Made by a program: the position numbers and the translations under genes. Positions 9,275 to 15,364 of a stretch of 15,364 nucleotides of DNA are shown piece after piece (positions within the stretch are counted from its first letter, which is position 1; every line of letters starts with the position of its first letter). The DNA lies in the NCBI RefSeq assembly GCF_006345805.1, contig NW_021825502.1, positions 1 through 15,364 of the forward strand, written 5' to 3'. The notes beneath the pieces are model-generated. The model was not told the origin of the DNA. It was given only the letters and a program-made list of their open reading frames with translations, and made no database searches. The stretch is from Octopus sinensis (taxonomy: Eukaryota).

Positions 9275-9429
9275 ATTCTCTGTGCATTCCGAGCTCTGTG
9301 AGTCTCTGTTCAAGACCTGCTCCTTCATCAGAAACGATGATACTTCTGTAAAGAGATACAGCTGACAAAAATTATTAGCAATTTGTAAAACCAATGGAGA
9401 TATTTAATTTTCTCGGTTCGATTATCCCT

Positions 9430-9580
9430 GTAAATTAGGAGTACAGCAAAAGGGACTGATGGAATAAGTACCAGGCTGGAAAAAAAAACAAGCATTGGGG
9501 TCCATTTTTTTACTAAAAACCCTTCAACGCGATACCCCAACACGGTCGCATCCCAATGATTAGAGCAAGTAAAAGAGAAA
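9430..9580 (+). mobile_element. Degenerate SINE family B 3' half
   Basis: GCAAAAGGGACTGATGGAATAAGTACCAGGCT...TGGGGTC...CAAGTAAAAGAGA resembles the family B 3' region. Confidence 0.65.
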
Positions 9581-9788
9581 TGATGAAAAGAATTTCTTTC
9601 AAATTATACCTTACCGTCTTTAATAAGGGACAGGTACATTAGATTATGTAGCCCTAGACAACCAATACCAGAAAGGACAGAGAAAACACTGTTGGAGCAG
9701 TTTTTTATGATAGGTCTGTTCATTGAGGGTTGAACTGGAACTAAAACAGAAATAACAGTAACAACATCAGCAACAACAATAATAATGA

Positions 9789-10003
9789 TTCCCAATTTTG
9801 GCACAAAGCCAGTAACTTTGCGGGGTCAAGTAGTTTATATATCGACCCCAGTACTCAGCTGGTACTTATTTTAACGACCTCCCGAAAGGATAAAAGGCAA
9901 AGTCGACCTCGGCGGAATTTGAACTCAGAACGTAGCGACGGGGGAAATACCGCTACGCATTCCCTCCAGCGTGCTAACTAACGACTCTGCCAGCTCGGTC
10001 GCA
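9789..10003 (-). mobile_element. SINE family A
   Basis: CGAAAGGATAAAAGGCAAAGTCGACCTCGGCGGAATTTGAACTCAGAACG core; inserted in an AAT/AAC tract. Confidence 0.9.
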
Positions 10004-10004
10004 T

Positions 10005-10005
<1 letters not shown>

Positions 10006-10056
<51 letters not shown>

Positions 10057-10072
10057 CAACAACAACAACAAC

Positions 10073-10119
<47 letters not shown>

Positions 10120-10228
10120 TAATAATAATGGTAATAATAATAATAACAACAACAACAACAACAACAAACAACAACAACATCAATGTCAACAACAACAACA
10201 TCAACAACAATAACAACAGCAGCAGCAA
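10006..10228. repeat. (AAT)n/(AAC)n trinucleotide microsatellite
   Basis: Visible runs; source of the poly-N/L/I ORFs. Confidence 0.97.
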
Positions 10229-10279
10229 TGGTAAAGGGCTACGGGACTAAAAATAATCCAGATGTCAAAAACAAAATAT

Positions 10280-10323
10280 ATGTGTGCGCGCATGTGTGTG
10301 TGTGTGCGTGTGTGTGTGTGTGA

Positions 10324-10362
<39 letters not shown>
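10280..10362. repeat. (TG)n microsatellite
   Basis: Visible run. Confidence 0.95.
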
Positions 10363-10365
<3 letters not shown>

Positions 10366-10840
10366 ATTAAAGGCACCAGAATTTAAAATAAATTATGTCA
10401 ATTTTATTTTTCTTTCTTTACTACTTTCATTTCTAAAAATAATATTAATCATTTCCTTTTCGTAGCAACATGGATGAATATTTTGAAAGGGAACGAAGAA
10501 TGAGAAGGGCGTTACAGAGACAGTTTGTAAAACTACAAGGATGGCGGAGGTTGGTGGTGGGGTAGAATGCTCGAAATAACAACAACAACAACGTGACGAT
10601 TGGGGGTGGGGGACAATTACGGAGACGATTTATATATAGGAATAGGGGTCAAAATAACAATATCGACAATAGCAATAATAAAAAAAACTATGATAATGGA
10701 ATGATTGGAGAGGAGAAAGGGATATTTTAAAGATGAATTAGGAAACAGTGAGAGGTTTCAAACAGTGACATCAACAACAACATCAACAGCTACTAATACT
10801 AATACTACTACTGCTTCTACTACTACTACTACTACTACTT

Positions 10841-11167
10841 GGCTCAGTGGTTAGAGCGTCGAGCTTACGATCGTGAGGTTGTGAGTTCGAATCCCGGACC
10901 GGGCTGCGTGTTCTGTTCTTGAGCAAGACACTTTATTTCACGTTGCTCCAGTTGTTCACTCAGGTGTAGAAATGAGTTGCAAGGTCACAGGTGCCAAGCT
11001 GTATCGGCCCTTAGCCTTTCCCTTGGATAACACTGGTGGCGTGGAGGGGGAGGTTGGTATGCATGGGCGACTGCTGGTCTTCCATAAACAACCTTGCCCG
11101 GACTTGTTCCTGGGAGGATAACTTCCTAGGTGCAATCCCACGGTCAGTCATGACCAAAGGAGGTCTT
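10841..11167 (+). mobile_element. SINE family C (tRNA head, CORE/V-like box) embedded in (TAC)n
   Basis: A-box TGGCTCAGTGG, B-box GAGTTCGAATCCC, TGTTCTTGAGCAAGACACTT box; (TAC)n on both sides (~10790-10839 and ~11173-11226). Confidence 0.85.
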
Positions 11168-11171
11168 AACA

Positions 11172-11226
<55 letters not shown>

Positions 11227-11419
11227 GTATACAGCGATAAGTGGTGGGTGTTGAGATAGGCGAGTTACACATTTTTAGGAGTTTGTAAAACAATAACAAC
11301 AAAAGCAAACTGCAATAATGACAAAAACAACTAGAAAAATGAAAGTTACAGCAACAACAACAAGATCATCGACGATGACAATAACAATAGTAACAAAACA
11401 ACAACAACAACAATAATGT

Positions 11420-11751
11420 GGAGGAGCAATGGCCTAGTGGTTAGGGCAGTGGATTCGCGGTCGTAAGAACGCGATTTCCATTCCCAGACTGGGCATTGTG
11501 TTTATTGCGCAAAAACACCTAAGCTCCACGAGGCTCCCGCGGGGTGGGGTGAACCCCGCTGTACTCTTTCACCATAACTTTCTCTCACTCTTTCTTCCTA
11601 CTTCTGCCACAAAGCAGAGGAACCATGGTGTAACCCACTATGGTGTGGTAAAACTATCAGACCCTAGTCTAGATTGCGAATCCTCTGTACCTCAGGATGG
11701 TTCAGCTCTCCACCCGTTAAAAGCCACCGTTTACGGAATGAGGATAACAAC
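11420..11751 (+). mobile_element. SINE family D, tail variant 1
   Basis: GCAATGGCCTAGTGGTTAGGGCAG head; ~180 bp homologous to 13818-14002, then an unrelated tail ending in AACAAC. Confidence 0.85.
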
Positions 11752-11774
11752 GTAGCTTTCGCGCCCGTGCAACT

Positions 11775-11985
11775 GCCAGTCTAGTAACGGGGAAGGGGTA
11801 AGTCAATTACATCGACCCCAGTGTTTAACTGGTACTTTTTTTGTTGCGTTTTTTTTTTTTTTCACTCCGAAAAATATGAAAGGAAAAGTCGACCTATGCG
11901 CAATTTGAATTCAGAATGTAAAGACAGACGAAATGCTGCTAAGCATATTGTCCGGCATGCTTAACGATTCTATCAGTTCACCGTT
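11775..11985 (-). mobile_element. SINE family A
   Basis: ATCGACCCCAGTG, AAAGTCGACC, AATTTGAATTCAGAATG and TAACGATTC blocks. A further head-only fragment lies at ~12026-12067. Confidence 0.85.
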
Positions 11986-12089
11986 TTAAATAAGTAAATA
12001 TATTAATTAATTAATATCGTTTAAAATTTTTACCCAGCATGTTAACGAGTCTGCCAGCTCACCGCCTTAAATGAATAAATAATCAAATA

Positions 12090-12522
12090 CTTTTATTCTT
12101 TTACTTGTTTTAGTCGACTCTAGCCTCGGGCCGACCAAAGCCTTGAGTGGATTTGGTAGACGAAAACTGATAGAATCCCATCGTTATATATATGTATATA
12201 TTTGTGTATGTGTCTGTGTTTGTTCCCCATCATCGCTTGACAACCGATGTTGGTGTTTTTACGTCCCCGTAACTTAGCGGTTCGGCATAAGAAACCGATA
12301 AACTAAGTACTGGGATTACAAAGAATAAGTCCTGAGGTCGATTTGCTCGACTAAAGGCCGTGCTCCAGCATGGCCGCAGTTAAATGACAAAGTACCAGTT
12401 GAGTACTGGGTTCGATGTAATTCCTGGCCTTGTACCGAAATTTGAAACCGATGGTTATTTGTGGCTGTGTGGTGAGAAGTTTGTTTCCCAACCACATGGT
12501 CCTGGGTTCAGTCCCACTGCGT
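12090..12522. mobile_element. Scrambled SINE family B copy (tail on minus; body and head on plus, out of order)
   Basis: Reverse-complement tail at 12090-12115, body at 12116-12388, head at 12461-12522, separated by an inverted copy of downstream DNA. Confidence 0.8.
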
Positions 12523-12537
12523 TCCACAAATAAATAT

Positions 12538-12924
12538 CGGTTTCAAATTTCGATACAAGACCAGGAATTACGTCGAACCCAGTGATCAAATGGTACTTTT
12601 TTTATCGACCCTGAAAGGGATGGAAAGCAAAGCCGACTTCGGCAGGGCTTGAACTTAGAACGTAAAGATAAGTGATATGCCGCTAAACATTTTACCCAGC
12701 ATGCTAACGATTCTTTTCTACTCTAGGCACAAGGCCCGAATTTTGTGGGGAGGGGGTCAGTCGATTAGATCGACCCCAGTACGCAACTTGTACTTAACTT
12801 ATCTACCTCGAAAGGATGAAAGACAAAGCCGACCTTGGCAGGGTTTGAACCTAGAACGTAAAGACGGGCGAAATACCGCTAAATATTTTACCCAGCATGC
12901 AAACGTTCTGGCAGCTCACCATCT
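12538..12924 (-). mobile_element. SINE family A head-to-tail dimer
   Basis: Units 12538-12713 (head-truncated) and 12714-12924; junction CTAACGATTC|TTTTCTACTCTAGG. Confidence 0.88.
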
Positions 12925-13505
12925 CAGCTAAATAAATAAATGAATCAATAAATAAATGAATAAGATTCTGAGGTCGATAAAATCGATAACAATACCACCA
13001 CATCCCCATTTCACAATGCCGCCACCATTCACACGCATTTCGGTGATTGGCTTGCCAGGAGCTCACCTTCTGCTCCGTGTTGCGCTCTCCCCTTATCTAA
13101 TATAAATTATATTCAGCATGCAGTAATCTCTCCCAGGCAATATCAGAAAACCATGATAATTAACAAATACTTTCTTTTCAACATCAAAGTAAACAAATAA
13201 CAAGAAATCGATTAAATCAATTATGATGTTTTCCCTGGAGGGCAAGCTAAATATATAATTTGTCTTATCTATTTAAAATATTTAATAAAATATCGATAAA
13301 AATATTGTTTGTATCTAATGTATACATACATGTGTGTGTGTATGTGTGTGTCTGTATAAAAGTTCATAAGTCAGAGCAAGTTTCAGAGAACATGCACAGA
13401 GGCAAAGAAAAATTGATGTTTTAGTATAAATTTTGTTGTTGCTTTTGCTTTCGGTTGGTAAAAAATGCATTATATTAAATATGGTAATAATTAAAACGGG
13501 ATTAC

Positions 13506-13620
13506 CTGTTGTTAATAAAGCTTCTTAATTGCTCTATCAAAGAACGTTTATAAGGAAGAGAATCGGGATAATCAGATTGAGCAGATACGAGTTTTGAAAA
13601 CATAAAAGTGCATACAGATA
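13506..13620 (-). CDS. Candidate internal coding exon (SVCTFMFSKLVSAQSDYPDSLPYKRSLIEQLRSFINN), product unknown
   Basis: Minus-strand acceptor cactcattctttatag| and donor AACAG|gtaatc; non-repetitive sequence; only one of three frames is open. No recognised homology. Confidence 0.33.
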
Positions 13621-13674
13621 CTATAAAGAATGAGTGATTGCAGTGCGAATATGTGCTCTGAATGCAATATTTAT

Positions 13675-13777
13675 ACACGCACGCACACGCACACACACAC
13701 ACACACCACACACACACACACACAAACAAACACCCATGCACACACACATACACACACACACACATATACGTGTATAC

Positions 13778-13817
<40 letters not shown>
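13675..13817. repeat. (CA)n-(TA)n-(TG)n compound microsatellite
   Basis: Visible runs in a self-complementary arrangement. Confidence 0.92.
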
Positions 13818-13818
<1 letters not shown>

Positions 13819-14127
13819 GGGCGCAATGGCCCAGTGGTTAGGGCAGCGGACTCGCGGTTGTAGAATCGCGGTTTCAATTCCCAGACCGAGCGTTGTGAGT
13901 GTTTATTGAGCGAAAACTCCTAAAGCTCCACGAGGCTCCGGCAGTGGGTGGTGGCGATCCCTGCTGTACTCTTTCGCCACAACTCTCTCTCACTCTTTCT
14001 TCTGTTGGCCTGCTCGCTTAGCCAGCGGGGTGGCGTCATTTGAAGGCTAAAACAATGCGAAACGCATTGTGACCAGCGATGTGTAGCAAGATCTGATAGC
14101 CTGGTCGGTCACGGTGATCACGGTGAT
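13818..14127 (+). mobile_element. SINE family D, tail variant 2
   Basis: GGCGCAATGGCCCAGTGGTTAGGGCAGCGG head, B-box-like GGTTTCAATTCCC, tail ending in (CACGGTGAT)x2. Confidence 0.88.
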
Positions 14128-14139
14128 ATCTATATATAT

Positions 14140-14186
14140 TCTTTTACTTGTTTCAGTCACTTGACAGAAGCCATGCTGGAGAACCG
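14140..14186 (-). mobile_element. SINE family B 3' tail fragment
   Basis: CTTTTACTTGTTTCAGTCA...GCCATGCTGGAG. Confidence 0.75.
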
Positions 14187-14379
14187 ATATATATATGTAT
14201 ATATGTATGTGTGTGTGTGTGTGAGTATAATTTCAATTAGCAGAAGTTACCAAGTAACTCAAGAGCCAAAAGTTTCGTGTATGCCACCTGCCAGTTTGAG
14301 AAGTGCTATGCACTTATCTCTCAGCTCTTAAGTCACTTTGCGACTTCTGTCGATCAAAAAATATTATACACACATATTG

Positions 14380-14437
14380 AGGTAGTGCTCCAGCATAGTC
14401 GCAGTCAAATGACTGAAACAAGTAAACGAATAAAAGA
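14380..14437 (+). mobile_element. SINE family B 3' tail fragment
   Basis: GTGCTCCAGCATAGTCGCAGTCAAATGACTGAAACAAGTAAA. Confidence 0.8.
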
Positions 14438-14464
14438 TTTAAAAAAACACATGTATTTCTTTTA

Positions 14465-14888
14465 CGTGATGTCACGATGGATAATATTGCCTAGTAAGCG
14501 ACAGCAGGTTACATGAGTCGAATGTGTGTGTGTGTGTGTGTGTATGTAGGTATGTAGGTATGTATATATGTATGTATTGTATGTACGCATGTATTTATTT
14601 ATGTATGTATGCATGTATGTAGTATGTATGTAGTATGTATGTATGTAGGTATATATGTATGTATTATGTATGTATGCATGTATGTAGGTATGTATGTAGT
14701 ATGTATGTATGTAGGTATATATGTATGTATTATGTATGTATGCATGTATGTTGGTATGTATGTTATGTAGGTGTATGTATGTTAAAGTAGAAGTTGAGCC
14801 GAGTGGAGAAATGAAAAACAAAAAAAGGACATTCGACTCGTGTAACTGCTGTCGCTTACTAGGCAATACTATCCATCGTGACATCACG
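14465..14888. repeat. ~60-bp inverted repeat pair enclosing a (TG)n/(TATG)n microsatellite
   Basis: Arms 14465-14525 and 14829-14888 differ by 2 substitutions and 1 indel. Confidence 0.95.
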
Positions 14889-14956
14889 GGACCTTCCTCG
14901 ACCAATTGCAGCCCATCTATCGATAGCCGTCTTGGATTTCCTGCACCTGTCCGTTC

Positions 14957-15033
14957 ATTCGGATATCCCGTCAGCTTGAGGAGATAGGCTCTGTTAGGGG
15001 CTTGCGAAACTTGAAGTAGTACGGAATCCGAAT
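14957..15033 (+). ncRNA. Putative type I hammerhead ribozyme (C3U variant)
   Basis: Core UUGAGGA at 14976-14982 and GAAA at 15006-15009; stem II closed by G14983-C15005; stem III ACU-uga-AGU; cleavage triplet GUA (15016-15018); stem I of 15 pairs with small bulges (14957-14975 with 15019-15033). Confidence 0.68.
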
Positions 15034-15279
15034 CAAACTGTTTTGAATAATATATATATAGAGAGAAAGAGTAAAATTCATTTGCCAACGTAAAGTAGCA
15101 GTGCTTATTAGGACGATGTTACTACCTTTTTTTATTAGACCTAGGAAAACATCTTTTCCAGTTAGCTACCGACGCACAACTGCGTCCTTCTACCTCGAAC
15201 TAAGGAGCTAATGACTCTACTCAGCCTTAAACCGTACCTGCGGACCATAATTTCTGGTATGTGCGGATGTGTGCATACA

Positions 15280-15293
15280 AACATACATACACG

Positions 15294-15339
<46 letters not shown>
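15280..15339. repeat. (CA)n microsatellite
   Basis: Visible run. Confidence 0.95.
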
Positions 15340-15342
<3 letters not shown>

Positions 15343-15364
15343 CATGACGATGAGCGAGAAACTC

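Noticed and set aside
9280-9335. Minus-strand hammerhead candidate CTGATGA-AG-GAGC...GCTC-GGAA
   Set aside because: The second core box is GGAA rather than GAAA, and no convincing stem III or stem I forms. At most a fossil.
9604-9804. 66-aa minus-strand ORF with a GTAAG donor-like site
   Set aside because: It starts in a SINE tail and AAC/AAT repeats; the rest looks like an old repeat that I cannot confirm from this window.
9925-10228. Poly-N/Q, poly-L and poly-I ORFs
   Set aside because: Translations of (AAT)n/(AAC)n, starting in or running into a SINE.
10841-10900. Functional tRNA genes at SINE heads (also 11420, 13818, 2790)
   Set aside because: Incomplete cloverleaves that run straight into repeat bodies; treated as tRNA-derived heads.
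13067-13096. 30-bp minus-strand mini-exon (tattag|...AAG|gtgagc) as partner of the 13506 exon
   Set aside because: Joining them gives AG|A TAA, an immediate stop followed by another donor; not supportable without transcripts.
14462-15088. 208-aa minus-strand ORF with a repeated peptide
   Set aside because: It crosses a stop-free microsatellite, and the repeated peptides shared with neighbouring ORFs come from the DNA inverted repeat.

Overview
AT-rich, repeat-dense eukaryotic (animal) non-coding DNA. The SINE families look like those I recall from Octopus/coleoid cephalopods (inference, not database-checked). No complete protein-coding gene is present, and most ORF-track entries are microsatellite artefacts. 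Supported content: (1) a full-length but decayed mariner transposon (5927-7278, TIRs, TA target duplications, transposase pseudogene on the minus strand); (2) a non-autonomous Helitron-like element (3033-3853, minus); (3) a 122-bp Tc1/mariner MITE nested in a SINE; (4) about 20 copies or fragments of four tRNA-derived SINE families, including head-to-tail dimers and tail-swapped variants; (5) a perfect 21-bp minisatellite and many microsatellites. Most notable: a type I hammerhead ribozyme fold (14957-15033, C3U variant) next to a ~60-bp inverted duplication, suggesting a Penelope-like/retrozyme terminal repeat; a second minimal hammerhead-like motif; a palindromic insertion flanked by a 12-bp direct repeat; several fold-back duplications; and one candidate minus-strand coding exon with a prepropeptide-like translation (13506-13620).
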